A stretch of DNA of 64,000 nt from NCBI GenBank assembly GCA_963715195.1, contig CAVQRT010000031.1:192001-256000 (forward strand), read 5' to 3'. The notes beneath the pieces are model-generated. The model searched no databases. It saw only the letters and a program-made list of their open reading frames with translations, and had not been told where the DNA came from. Positions 51,068 to 61,304 of this stretch are shown here, one piece after another. The position numbers and the translations under genes are program-made. The stretch's first letter is position 1. The number at the start of each line of letters is the position of its first letter. Origin of the DNA: Thermodesulfovibrionales bacterium. Lineage in GTDB: Bacteria > Nitrospirota > Thermodesulfovibrionia > Thermodesulfovibrionales > SM23-35.

Positions 51068-51152
51068 TGTCATTCACGCTTGGCGGGAATCCTTCTGAAT
51101 AAAGAAAAAATACAGTATAGCAAAGAAAGATTCCGGCCAAGCCGGAATGACA
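51068..51152. repeat. Palindromic repeat family A with flanking hairpins
   Basis: TGTCATTCACGCTTGGCGGGAATCC...GATTCCGGCCAAGCCGGAATGACA; extra hairpins at about 51028-51050 and 51161-51186. Confidence 0.75.
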
Positions 51153-51243
51153 ATTTTTGATACCTCGCAGCTTTGCTGTGGGGTAGTTCATGTGGTAAGA
51201 ATGAAATCAGCGGAGAAAATAGGAAAATATGGAACATTTACAT

Positions 51244-51287
51244 AAAAAAAACTTCTGAGAAGGCTACTTTTTTGGCCTTCCCAGAAG
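51244..51287 (-). terminator. Intrinsic terminator after porin gene
   Basis: CTTCTGGGAAGGC...GCCTTCTCAGAAG stem followed by a T-run on the minus strand. Confidence 0.75.
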
Positions 51288-51313
51288 AAATATTTTGAAG
51301 AAGGTTTTATCCT

Positions 51314-52834
51314 TTAAAATTTAAAGATCATGCGCATTCCGACCATATCCTCATTCTGGGACTGACCTTCGCCCGCCAGATTCGCGCCGTCTCCACTATA
51401 CAGCCCGCTTTCTCCGGCAGTGACATGGGTGTAGTTAAGCTGCCAGCGTACGAGAGGATTCCACGTCCAGTTCACACCAAAAGTATATTCATCAGTCCAC
51501 GGGGCACCGTCCATAATGCGGTACGAGTTTCCATCATATTCCGTGCGGGCAAAGAACCTTTCACTGACATCAGTATGCGTGTACCGTGCCAGCAATTCCC
51601 ATGCACCGCTTCCCTGCATTTTAACTGGATTAAAGTCAACTTTAGGATTAGGCTGGCGCCACCCAAAATTGCTAACAGTCTTGCTCTCGCCTGTGAGGAA
51701 ATAACTGACCCAGGTGCTCCACGAGGATAGCGTTCCGTCAACATCGAGGACCTTCGCACCAGACGATTTCTCAAACACATCGATATTATCGTATTTTGTT
51801 TCGAGGTATTCAGTGCTGCAGGAGAAAGGTCCACCTATATAGTGGGCCTCAACACCCCAGCGGTTTCGCTGCCCTATTTCCCCTTTCGAAAAACTCTGTT
51901 CCGTACGCCACTTCCACATTTTATCATCCCTAATTTGAGTGCTCATACCGCCGGTTTCAAATCGTGTTGTTGGAACTGACTGATTACTGTGCGTGGCCTG
52001 TACAGCAAGATGGAGCCCTTCAAGGAAATGTCCTTTATCGTTTTTGAAGGGACTGAAAAATATTCTTGCGATAATATCCTTGTGATCATCGATGTCTCCC
52101 TTCTTGTAGTCCAGTTCCATGCCTGCACCAGTCCATGCAGACAGGTTCCACGCCAGGGTTTTGTTCATCACATCACCCCACAGCCAGAGACCTCGGTCAA
52201 AGTAAGGATAGACGGGCGTAGTGGAGCCCCGTTCGATGAAATTTACATTATTATCCATTGTCCACCATGAGGTGCTGAAAGGGGGCTTCATTTGACCTGC
52301 CCTGAAATGGAGCCAGTCTCTGAAAGCGTAATCCACCCATGCATTTCTTATGTATGGACTGTCAGCAAATTCTGCCTGCAGCCTGAACGTTATATACTTA
52401 TAGAATGTCCCTTGGAAATCTGCACGTGCCCGCCTGAGGTCGAACTGGGTCGAGTTCTCGCTATTTCCTCCATATGCCTTCATATCGAAGTGGATATTGC
52501 CCCGAATCCTCATGCTGAAGTTACCGTCGGGAGTTTCAAGATAGAAATCATTTTTCCAAAAACTGAATGCAGGGATGGCCTTTTTCTCCTTTATTATCTC
52601 CTCCTGCTTCTGCACCGTCGCAGTGGCTTTTTCCATTTCCTGGAGCTTCATTTCGAGCGTTTTCACCCTCTCTTCCAGTACTCTATTCTCTTCAATCTTC
52701 TGCTTGAGCATCTGTAATTCTTGCTTGAGCTCATCTGTCGTTGTGGTCTGAGAGAAGCAAACAGGTGCGCTAAGGCCTACCATCAGCACGATAAATAGGG
52801 AAAATACCAGAGCCTTCATGTGAAATTGTTTCAC
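51314..52834 (-). CDS. OprO/OprP-family anion-selective porin with N-terminal coiled coil
   Basis: Signal peptide, FDLRRAR, AGQMKPPFS, GAWELLARY, GVNWTWN; C-terminal Phe. Confidence 0.88.
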   Translation of the reverse strand: MKQFHMKALVFSLFIVLMVGLSAPVCFSQTTTTDELKQELQMLKQKIEENRVLEERVKTLEMKLQEMEKATATVQKQEEIIKEKKAIPAFSFWKNDFYLETPDGNFSMRIRGNIHFDMKAYGGNSENSTQFDLRRARADFQGTFYKYITFRLQAEFADSPYIRNAWVDYAFRDWLHFRAGQMKPPFSTSWWTMDNNVNFIERGSTTPVYPYFDRGLWLWGDVMNKTLAWNLSAWTGAGMELDYKKGDIDDHKDIIARIFFSPFKNDKGHFLEGLHLAVQATHSNQSVPTTRFETGGMSTQIRDDKMWKWRTEQSFSKGEIGQRNRWGVEAHYIGGPFSCSTEYLETKYDNIDVFEKSSGAKVLDVDGTLSSWSTWVSYFLTGESKTVSNFGWRQPNPKVDFNPVKMQGSGAWELLARYTHTDVSERFFARTEYDGNSYRIMDGAPWTDEYTFGVNWTWNPLVRWQLNYTHVTAGESGLYSGDGANLAGEGQSQNEDMVGMRMIFKF

Positions 52835-52881
52835 AGATTACTCCTTTCATATGACAGTTCATTTCAAGCTACGGGTAAACC

Positions 52882-53313
52882 TTACTTCTTCACTACATAA
52901 ACAGAACATGGTGCGTGGCTGACTACCTTTGATGCCACACTCCCCATGAAAAACCGTGTTGCCTTGCCTCCCATTCCTTTGCTTCCGATGATGATGAGAT
53001 CCATTTTCTTCTTCTCGGCAACTCCAAGTATTTCGTTCGCAGGAGAGATGGAAGACATGAGAAGGGTTTTAGCTGCAACCCCCTCTGCCTGGAGTATCAC
53101 CTGTGCCTTCTCAATTACTTCCTCTCCCCTGCGTTTCATGCTCTCATTAATGCTGCCTGCCTCCTTTGCCGAAAGTTCGAGGTCAAAACCTGCAAGAAAA
53201 GGGATAACTGTCATGAGGTGAACCTCTGCTTTTTGTGCTTTGGCAAAAGCAAGTGCTACCCTTACAGCCTCCATCGAATAATTTGATCCATCTACCGGTA
53301 CGAGTATTTTCAT
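52882..53313 (-). CDS. Universal stress protein
   Basis: KILVPVDGS, DLIIIGSKG, GSVASKVVSHAPCSV. Confidence 0.95.
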   Translation of the reverse strand: MKILVPVDGSNYSMEAVRVALAFAKAQKAEVHLMTVIPFLAGFDLELSAKEAGSINESMKRRGEEVIEKAQVILQAEGVAAKTLLMSSISPANEILGVAEKKKMDLIIIGSKGMGGKATRFFMGSVASKVVSHAPCSVYVVKK

Positions 53314-53325
53314 TTTTCACCTCCT

Positions 53326-54097
53326 TTAAACTTCCTTCTTCACTTTTGCCTTCTTCATGCTCAGACCCATTCCCTCAAATATGTAGAAGATCGCAAACCC
53401 GTACCACAGAGTATACACAACATAGAAGACAGCAGGAGACCGTCATGATGCCGAGCTCTGTCACTCACCTTTTCAGGAGCTATCCCATAGAAGTTATATG
53501 CTGTTTCAACCGCTTTTTTCATCACGTCGATACCATGTTTGCCTCTTCAACCATTTTCTCTTTTTTGAACGCTTTGTCTATCTTGGGCAAGCATTATGCC
53601 ACTGCCTGAACATCTTTTCAGCATCGTCATTTGCTCATCGCATAACCGCATATTTGGCCTTGATCTTTGTCTCCTTCGTTATTAAACATCGCATCTGCAT
53701 CGTTCAACGCTGCAGCAAGTATTTTCCCAAGGTCTCCTTCGATTTTCAGTTCAGCACCATTGACTTCAACCTTCGCACCTTCAGTACCGTAAACAGCTTA
53801 GATGTTCCGTTCAGCTCTCTTCTCAGCATCTCCCGGCTTGTCGTAGGCTTATCCATCTTGATGCTGATGTAAACATTTTGCCCATAAACTTCTCATTGCT
53901 CTTCAACCTTCGGGATGAAGTATGAAGACCCTTTCGCAAGCCTGTTGAACATCCTGTCCGAATACTCCAGTCCATTCTGTGGTGATCCATCAGGAGCCTT
54001 CGGGAAGATAGGCGAAAAGATAAGAAACAATACCACAAAAAACGAAACAAGCATGACGTATCCCAAGGCCCAGATGTCCTTTATGTCCTTTGGCCAT
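53326..54097 (-). pseudogene. Hypothetical membrane protein downstream of the TSUP gene; frameshifted
   Basis: Reconstructed MAKGHKGHLGLGI-VMLVSFFVVLFLIFSPIF..NGLEYSDRMFNRLAKGSSYFIP...YTLWYGFAIFYIFEGMGL..K. Confidence 0.65.
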
Positions 54098-54099
54098 TT

Positions 54100-55357
54100 T
54101 TATCCCTCCTCTTTTAATGTTTTAATGTTCGTAAAGAATTTGCTGAAAACCCAGAACCCGAAGACCGCAATGACAGCCCAGAATACAGAACCTCCGATAG
54201 TCTCTATGCCTGTTGCGACAGATGGTTGCGACATTTTGATGTATTCGAGTTCGATCATCTTTTTAGGAACTGCAGAAGCCCTGTTTACGAAACCTGCAAG
54301 AATTGCCATGGCATAAAATCCCCTGATGTGTATCCCCTTCACGACCTTTGTGGTAAGTGCACCAACCTGAATTCCAATTAGTGAACCAAGAAGCATTCCC
54401 ATAGCAAGGGTATAGAACACATATCCGTAAATAGCATATTGGCTTATAGCGGCAAACCCTGCGGTAAAGATAATCTGGAGGATATCAGTTCCAACGGTTG
54501 TCATAGAGGATACACCAAAGATATACACGAACATGGGGAAGGTTGCGAATCCACCGCCGACACCCATTATGGCAGCCAGATTCCCCACGATGAATCCACC
54601 AATGCAATGATAACTCCTGATATCCTTCTTCCACCGAAATCTTCATCAAACGTTATCATGGGCGGAATCTTTATATTCTGCACTTTGATACCGAAGAGGC
54701 GGGCACCTCCAGATGGTCCGCCGTGTGCACCATGCCCACCGGCATCAGATGATGCCCTTTCTTGATTTATAAAATCGATCATGGCATAAGTGCCAAGAAA
54801 CGGAGCAATACCGCGTATATCACGCTAATGAAGGCTTCGCTCAAGTAGCAGGGTTCTTTGTCATAGATGCGCCCTGTTGAAAGTACCTCCAACAATAGCT
54901 CCTCCAATGGCGCCCGCAAGGAAAGCGATCGCCAGCTTTCCCGACACATTGCCAAGTTTCTTGTGGACAGCAGTACCCATAATTGCTTTGGCAAAGATAT
55001 GGAACAGATCCGTACCTACAGCGAGAATTCCCTTTACCCCAGCGGCCATAAGGGCCGGGGTGATGATAAACCCGCCACCCGCACCGATACATCCTGTGAT
55101 AAGCCCGGCAGCCAGACCGACTGCAATTGAAACCACGAATATTGTGGTCGAATAAAATGCAGGGGCATACGCCTTTTTGCCCCTAACACGTCAGCTGCCT
55201 CTGAAAATGATATGGCCAGTATCGGCAGCAGAAGAAGGAAAAGGACCAGCAGTTTCTTTCTATTCTTGATAATGCTCATCGAAACTTCATAGTCCCACTT
55301 GGCATGAGCTATACTGGCCGCTTTCATAAATTCAAAAATCTGTCTCGGAAAACTCAT
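54100..55357 (-). pseudogene. TauE/SafE (TSUP) family exporter; several frameshifts
   Basis: GLITGCIGAGGGFIITP, AVGTDLFH, AAIMGVGGGF, TVGTDI motifs spread over overlapping fragments. Confidence 0.88.
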
Positions 55358-55396
55358 TTCAACCCCTCCTTTTTTAATAATTAGGCACTGATCAGT

Positions 55397-55573
55397 TTAC
55401 TTCTTCGCTTTAGCCTTTCTTGTCGTCTGTTTTTTCTTTGTTGACTTTACCCTTTTTTTAAAGGCATCCTTTCCCTCTATATTTACTTCTCTTTTGATAT
55501 CATACTCCTGCGGCTCTGCGAAGGTTATTTCCACCTTGATATCTTTAAATTTTTTTGTCAACTTTTTAACCAT
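55397..55573 (-). CDS. 58-aa basic hypothetical protein, first ORF of TSUP operon (not in ORF track)
   Basis: MVKKLTKKFKDIKVEITFAEPQEYDIKRE...KAKAKK; between the sigma54 promoter and TSUP; weak RBS. Confidence 0.5.
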   Translation of the reverse strand: MVKKLTKKFKDIKVEITFAEPQEYDIKREVNIEGKDAFKKRVKSTKKKQTTRKAKAKK

Positions 55574-55622
55574 ATATATTATTGAGTGTTTAAACTTACT
55601 TAACTTCTCTAAAAAATATTAG

Positions 55623-55656
55623 AGCAATACTTATACCAGCCTGTAACATATTGATA
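55623..55656 (-). promoter_or_regulatory. sigma54 promoter with IHF site
   Basis: CTGGTATA-AGTA-TTGCT; TATCAATATGTTA at 55644-55656; TGCA-based dyads at about 55690-55770. Confidence 0.75.
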
Positions 55657-55777
55657 TTTAAGATAAAAATATTTCGTGGGAAACGATAATGCAATTTAAT
55701 GATGCATTTAGAAGATAAAAAAAATGGAATAGCTTATTGGCGTGCAATTTACTGCATTAAAAAGTTGCAGTGAAAAT

Positions 55778-57079
55778 TTATATTGCTATTTTCAAGTTCC
55801 TGATCTTTTTTTGGAGTTGCTGTCTGTAAATCCCGAGGGATTCTGCTGCCTTTGATATATTTCCACGGGAGCCTTGTAAAGCAGACCATATTAATTCCTT
55901 TTCATATTCTTCGAGCGCTTCTTTCAATTTATGCTTAATAATTTTTTTTCTGGTAGAGGCTTGAAACAGGTATGAAGGCAAATCAGAAGGCAATATTTTC
56001 GGCGTATTTGTGAATGATATGGCACGCTCAATGATATTTTCAAGCTCCCGTACATTTCCAGGGTATACGTGGTTCATGAGTGTATCCATCGCATCCCCTG
56101 TGATACCTCTCATTAACATGTCTTTTCTTTTCGGAGCGTGCTTCTTTATAAAATGATCAACCAAAAGTGGTATATCCTCCATTCTCTTCTTTAATGGTGG
56201 AAGCTCTATATTTATCACATTCAATCTATAATATAGATCTTCTCGGAACATGTCTTTTTTACATGCAGTTTTGAGGTCCTTATTTGATGCCGCGATGATT
56301 CTCACATCAACTCTTAAAAAATGTGCCCCCCCAATCCTCATGATCTCGCCTTCTTGAATTACCCTTAAGATCTTAGTTTGAAACAGAGGGGAGACGTCTC
56401 CAATCTCATCAAAGAATACCGTCCCACCGTTTGCAAGTTCTAAAAGACCCTTTTTCGTATAATTTGCCCCGGTAAAGGCACCTTTTTCAAAACCGAATAG
56501 CTCTGACTCAAGGAGGGTATCAGGTATGGCACTACAGTTAATAGTCATAAAAGGGTTTTGCTTTCTTGGACTCCATTTATGAATCGCCCTTGCGACAAGC
56601 TCTTTACCTGTGCCGCTTTCGCCTATAATGAGCACGTTGCTTTCACTAACTGCCGCCTTTTTTATTAGGCCGAATACTTCTTGCATTAACGTGCTTGCAC
56701 CTATTAATTCGTCAAATCCATATTTATGGTTGAGGATTTTCTTTTTATATTTATTGATTACGTCACTTAAAACGGTATTGGTAAGCGGTTTTTCTAAAAA
56801 ATCGCATGCACCGAGTTTCATTGCTTCTACAGCCATTTTTAAATCAGGGTTCGAGAAAGCTATTACAGGCATTTCTTGTCTCAACTCTAAAATTCTTTGT
56901 TGCCAATTCTCAATATCGAGGTCAAGGAAAGCTAAATCATATCTGTTAAGATTGACAGACCCACTTATCAATGAACTGGCTTTTGCTCTCTGTTCTTTTT
57001 TATTTATGGTGAATCTGACTGATTTAAATAATGTATATAATTCTTTAGCTTCATCTGATAGTATCAAGACATTAAGCAT
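55778..57079 (-). CDS. sigma54-dependent activator (atypical receiver-AAA+-HTH)
   Basis: [35 protein letters not shown], Fis HTH. Confidence 0.93.
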   Translation of the reverse strand: MLNVLILSDEAKELYTLFKSVRFTINKKEQRAKASSLISGSVNLNRYDLAFLDLDIENWQQRILELRQEMPVIAFSNPDLKMAVEAMKLGACDFLEKPLTNTVLSDVINKYKKKILNHKYGFDELIGASTLMQEVFGLIKKAAVSESNVLIIGESGTGKELVARAIHKWSPRKQNPFMTINCSAIPDTLLESELFGFEKGAFTGANYTKKGLLELANGGTVFFDEIGDVSPLFQTKILRVIQEGEIMRIGGAHFLRVDVRIIAASNKDLKTACKKDMFREDLYYRLNVINIELPPLKKRMEDIPLLVDHFIKKHAPKRKDMLMRGITGDAMDTLMNHVYPGNVRELENIIERAISFTNTPKILPSDLPSYLFQASTRKKIIKHKLKEALEEYEKELIWSALQGSRGNISKAAESLGIYRQQLQKKIRNLKIAI

Positions 57080-57327
57080 TACTCATTTTATAGTAAAACA
57101 GATATAAAAAACACCGCGGGAGGGTAAAAATAGGGATTCGAGAAATAGCTTTTTTGAAGCTGCGATTTCAAGAGGTAAACCGCTACCGGAGTAGAAAGAT
57201 GTTTTTTCTTGCACGTCAATGTCGTTTTTGTCTCACTATAGGCACTCCTACACCCCAATTACCCTTAACAAAAAACACTATCCCCTCGATATGCCTCTAA
57301 ACTGTAACCACTATTCGCTCAGGCAGC

Positions 57328-58851
57328 CTATTGAAGAGCTGTCGGTGCGGACAGGCCGTATTTCTTGATCTTATACCCGATCTGTCTGGGTGTGAGGCCG
57401 GTCATGCGGGCTGCCTTTGCCTGAACCCAGCCTGTTTTTTCGAGCGCATCGAGGATGCTCGACTTCTCGATGTCCTCAATGCCTGCCCTGAGGGACTCTT
57501 TCTGAAGCATATCTTCAGGTGAAGGCAATTTCAGATTGATCGGAAGGTCTGAAGCCCTTATCGTTTCGCGGCCTGACATGACGACAAGTCTTTCTATAGT
57601 GTTTTCGAGTTCCCTTACATTTCCGGGCCAGGCATAGTCAATCAATGCGTGAAGCGCCTCAGAAGAGATTGAAACGTTCTTGTGATTTTCTTCATTGAAA
57701 CGCCTGAGGAAAAAATCAACGAGCAGCGGAGTATCTTCCTTTCTTTCCCTGAGGGGCGGCATAAATATCGGAACAACATTCAGCCTGTAGAACAGATCCT
57801 CCCTGAATTTTCCTTTTGCAACGAGTTCTTCAAGATTTCTGCTCGTTGCCGCAATCAGCCTGATATCAACTTTGATTGTTCTCTCGCCGCCGACCCTCTC
57901 GAATTCCCTCTCCTGGAGCACGCGTAGGATTTTTGGCTGAAGATTCAGGGGGAGGTCTCCAACTTCATCAAGCAGAATCGTCCCGTGGTGAGCAAGTTCA
58001 AATCTGCCTTTTCTCACATTCATGGCGCCGGTGAATGCACCTTTCTCGTGCCCGAAAAGCTCTGATTCAAGCAGTCCTTCCGGTATGGACGCGCAATTGA
58101 ATTTGACAAACGGCGCCTTTGCCCTGGGGCTCATATAATGGATGGACTTCGCGATCAGTTCCTTCCCGGTCCCGCTTTCTCCATATAGAATGACCGTTGC
58201 CCTGGAGTCTGCGACGCGGTGAACGGCTTCGAATACTTCCTTCATTTTGTCTGAGGTTCCGATGATATTCGGCAGGCTGTACTTGCCCTTCAGCTGCAGC
58301 TTCAGGCTCTCTTTTTCCTCTTCGGAAGCCCGGTAATGCTTCCAGAGCATAACATACTGGGCAATAATGGAGCCGATGATTTCGAGGACCCTGACATCCT
58401 CGTCGACGGTTATTGCCTGATCTTTGAAGATTCTGTCAACGCTGAGGACTCCGATTGCTTCTCCCTTGAATGAGATCGGTACGCAGAGGAAAGAAATGCC
58501 GCTCTTCCCAATCCTCGATCCCGTCCTGTTCAGAAATAACGGCTCCTCACCGACGTTTGGAATAACCATGGGTGTTCCCTTCCCAATCACCCGTCCGACG
58601 ATTCCCTCCCCGATTCTGTATTTTCCCCGTTCGATCTGTTCCCTGGTGAGCCCATGAGCAGCAACAATCTTCAACTCCCTGGTGGTGTGGTCAAGGAGAA
58701 AAACAGACCCGCGCTCCATCTCGAGAAATTCACCAAGAACACGCATGGTCTTCGAGAGGTTTTTCTCGAGTTCAAACGAGGAATTGAGAACCCTGCTCAC
58801 TTCGAGGAGGGCTGAAAGGATTCTATTTTCTCGTGCTAATGACTCTGCCAC
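57328..58851 (-). CDS. nifA: NifA-like GAF-AAA+-HTH sigma54 activator
   Basis: GAF ([19 protein letters not shown]), GAFTGA, C-terminal [17 protein letters not shown] NifA signature; GTG start 58851; no nif structural genes in window. Confidence 0.85.
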   Translation of the reverse strand: MAESLARENRILSALLEVSRVLNSSFELEKNLSKTMRVLGEFLEMERGSVFLLDHTTRELKIVAAHGLTREQIERGKYRIGEGIVGRVIGKGTPMVIPNVGEEPLFLNRTGSRIGKSGISFLCVPISFKGEAIGVLSVDRIFKDQAITVDEDVRVLEIIGSIIAQYVMLWKHYRASEEEKESLKLQLKGKYSLPNIIGTSDKMKEVFEAVHRVADSRATVILYGESGTGKELIAKSIHYMSPRAKAPFVKFNCASIPEGLLESELFGHEKGAFTGAMNVRKGRFELAHHGTILLDEVGDLPLNLQPKILRVLQEREFERVGGERTIKVDIRLIAATSRNLEELVAKGKFREDLFYRLNVVPIFMPPLRERKEDTPLLVDFFLRRFNEENHKNVSISSEALHALIDYAWPGNVRELENTIERLVVMSGRETIRASDLPINLKLPSPEDMLQKESLRAGIEDIEKSSILDALEKTGWVQAKAARMTGLTPRQIGYKIKKYGLSAPTALQ

Positions 58852-58853
58852 CG

Positions 58854-61304
58854 CTATACGTTTTCCACCATTTCCCAGACGCCGCATGGACAGATGCCCG
58901 CGCAGAATCCGCAGCCGATGCACTTGTCATCGTCAACGACATACTCATATGAGCCGTCTTTGTGCTCGATCCTGCTGATTGCCCCCCAGTAGCAGGTAGC
59001 CTCACACATGTGGCAATCCCGGCAGGTGGCACAGGACATGCATTTGTTTGCCTCCTGTTCGGGAGACGTGAAGTCTCCCCGGCAGACATCATAATATTCC
59101 GTTCTGATACGTTCGTAGGGAATAACCTGTTTGATTTCGGGCGAGCGCGGGGCATGCATAAGCTGGTAGTGAATTGTCTCCGCAGCGGTCCTGCCCTGTC
59201 CGATTGCATGGGTAACGAGTCCAAGCCGCGTGGCGTCGCCGATCGCAAAGACTTTTACGTCAGATGTCTGTCCAATTTCGTTGACCGCAATCCATCCTCT
59301 TTCGGTATGGATGTTCGGCGGGAGGAAATCGAGAATCGGGATATCACCAACGGACATGATAACGACGTCAGCTTCAAGAAATGTCCCGTCCTTAAAAAAC
59401 AGTTTCTTTTCATTGTGGTCATATCTGTCCGTGAATCTCGGCCAGAGTATCTGTGTTCCCTTCGCAAGAGCAGTATCCATTTCCTTTCCGGATGCAGCCG
59501 GTTTCTGGATGTCCACAGCAATGACAGACTCAGCCCCGCAATTGAATGCCTGGGATGCAACATCCATCCCCACGTTGCCGGCCCCGATGATAACAACCTT
59601 CTTTTCATGCAGGGTTGGGATATCACCAAAGTTAATCCCCTTCAGAAAGTCATATGCCGAGAGGATGTGCTCTGAACCGGGGAACGGGAAAATCCGGGGT
59701 TTATGAGCACCGCAGGACACGACGACGATCTCGTGGGACGCATATATTTCCTCGAATTTCTTCTGATCTGTTCTCGCGTTCAGATGGACCGAAACCCCTA
59801 TCTCCCTGAACCGTGACAGTTCTTTCTGGAGTACATCCTGCGGAAGCCGTTCCCTCGGTATACAGAGTTCAAGCTTTCCGCCAAGCTTGTCCGTTGCTTC
59901 ATACAGATCGACTGTGTGGCCTTTGAGGCCGAGCTGCCAGGCGGCGCTCAGCCCTGCCGGTCCCCCTCCGATGACTGCTATGGTATGTCCCGTGGAATCA
60001 GCCTTTTCCGGTGCCGGAAGGTCAAGGGCGAGTCTGCCAAGCTGATCGATGCCCAACGGTTTGTCGAGCTTTGCCCTCGTGCAGCTCTGCATGCAGAGGT
60101 TCGGGCATATCTGACCGCATACGGTTGCCGGGAGCGGACTGTACTGAAGCACGAGTTCCAGGGCTTCATGGAGTTTCCCCTGTCTGATGAGCGAGGCCCT
60201 CTTGTGTGAAGGAATTTGTGTCGGGCAATTGTATGCGCAGGGTGGCAGGTATTTTTCATTTGCCCACACAGGTCTGTTCCTTCTCTCTTTCCCGGTTGTT
60301 ATATACGGCAGTATGGTCAGGTCGTGATCTATGTAAGGCGCAAATATCCCGCCTGCACCGACCTCTTTTTCCCATGTATTCTTCCTGAAATCGGAAGTCG
60401 AAATGCTAAACCATCGCCGGGCACGCTTCTCCTGAGGGGTAAATGCGATGAACTTTTTCCAGTCATCCGAAGAACGGGTCAGTTCTCTGTAATAGGACAT
60501 TCTGTCAATGGCTTTAAGATAGGGCTTCATTTGTGTTTTGAGCCATTCCCAGTCCTGCGGAGTGAGGTCGAGAAGTTTTACATCCCGTTCACTGTATCCC
60601 TGAATCGGGCCTCTGAAATAGACAGTGCCGCCCACCATTCCGACGCAAGGCCGGTAACCGAGGATGTTCTGAGGGTTCCTTGAATCAACACCGCAGACAA
60701 CGGCGATACCGCCCGCCTTGAATTCGGCGAACGAATCCCCGACATTCCTGAAATACCAGGACTGCGGCGGGTCGAAACGGGGATTGTGTTTCGTCATCGT
60801 ATCGCAGCGTGCTCCGCCACTTCCCTGAACGTAGAGAATTCCCTGTGCTGCGGCATTGAAGGCTCCGTTCGTTACGTCTCCCAATACTGTTATGTTTGCC
60901 CCGCAATTGATCCACCCGATATCATCGGAAGCACTCCCGTTGACAACGATTTCGGTGCCGAACATCCCCATGCTCCCGAGCCTCTGACCAACAGGCCCGT
61001 CCACGGTAATTTTGACGGTCTCTCCCCTCGGCCAGATTCTCCCTCCGATGCCGTGCTGCCCATCGGCCAGGATGTGCAAAGCCCGGGCCCCATCCCTGAC
61101 CGCCTGCTGTATTTCCTCCTCCAGGATCCGGGACCGAACACGCTTCCCGCCGACGACGCCGTGAATGGTTATGATTTTCTGTTCTGTTTTCTGGAAATCT
61201 TCTTTTTCTTCTTGAGCAGCAGTGAGTGCAGGCCGAATGTTTTTTGTTTTTTTCTTCCCGTCTGTTCCCCGCTGCCTACTGCCCACTGGTTTTTTAGCAC
61301 GCAT
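58854..61304 (-). CDS. Glutamate synthase GXGXG domain fused to GltD-like FAD oxidoreductase and ferredoxin
   Basis: [54 protein letters not shown]. Confidence 0.9.
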   Translation of the reverse strand: MRAKKPVGSRQRGTDGKKKTKNIRPALTAAQEEKEDFQKTEQKIITIHGVVGGKRVRSRILEEEIQQAVRDGARALHILADGQHGIGGRIWPRGETVKITVDGPVGQRLGSMGMFGTEIVVNGSASDDIGWINCGANITVLGDVTNGAFNAAAQGILYVQGSGGARCDTMTKHNPRFDPPQSWYFRNVGDSFAEFKAGGIAVVCGVDSRNPQNILGYRPCVGMVGGTVYFRGPIQGYSERDVKLLDLTPQDWEWLKTQMKPYLKAIDRMSYYRELTRSSDDWKKFIAFTPQEKRARRWFSISTSDFRKNTWEKEVGAGGIFAPYIDHDLTILPYITTGKERRNRPVWANEKYLPPCAYNCPTQIPSHKRASLIRQGKLHEALELVLQYSPLPATVCGQICPNLCMQSCTRAKLDKPLGIDQLGRLALDLPAPEKADSTGHTIAVIGGGPAGLSAAWQLGLKGHTVDLYEATDKLGGKLELCIPRERLPQDVLQKELSRFREIGVSVHLNARTDQKKFEEIYASHEIVVVSCGAHKPRIFPFPGSEHILSAYDFLKGINFGDIPTLHEKKVVIIGAGNVGMDVASQAFNCGAESVIAVDIQKPAASGKEMDTALAKGTQILWPRFTDRYDHNEKKLFFKDGTFLEADVVIMSVGDIPILDFLPPNIHTERGWIAVNEIGQTSDVKVFAIGDATRLGLVTHAIGQGRTAAETIHYQLMHAPRSPEIKQVIPYERIRTEYYDVCRGDFTSPEQEANKCMSCATCRDCHMCEATCYWGAISRIEHKDGSYEYVVDDDKCIGCGFCAGICPCGVWEMVENV

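Noticed and set aside
14910..57320. Prophage, ICE or att sites
   Set aside because: No integrase, transposase, structural or conjugation genes, no tRNA, and no flanking direct repeat seen by eye
58852..58923. ORF-track start of the NifA-like gene
   Set aside because: Overlaps the Cys-rich end of the upstream gene; GTG 58851 fits better
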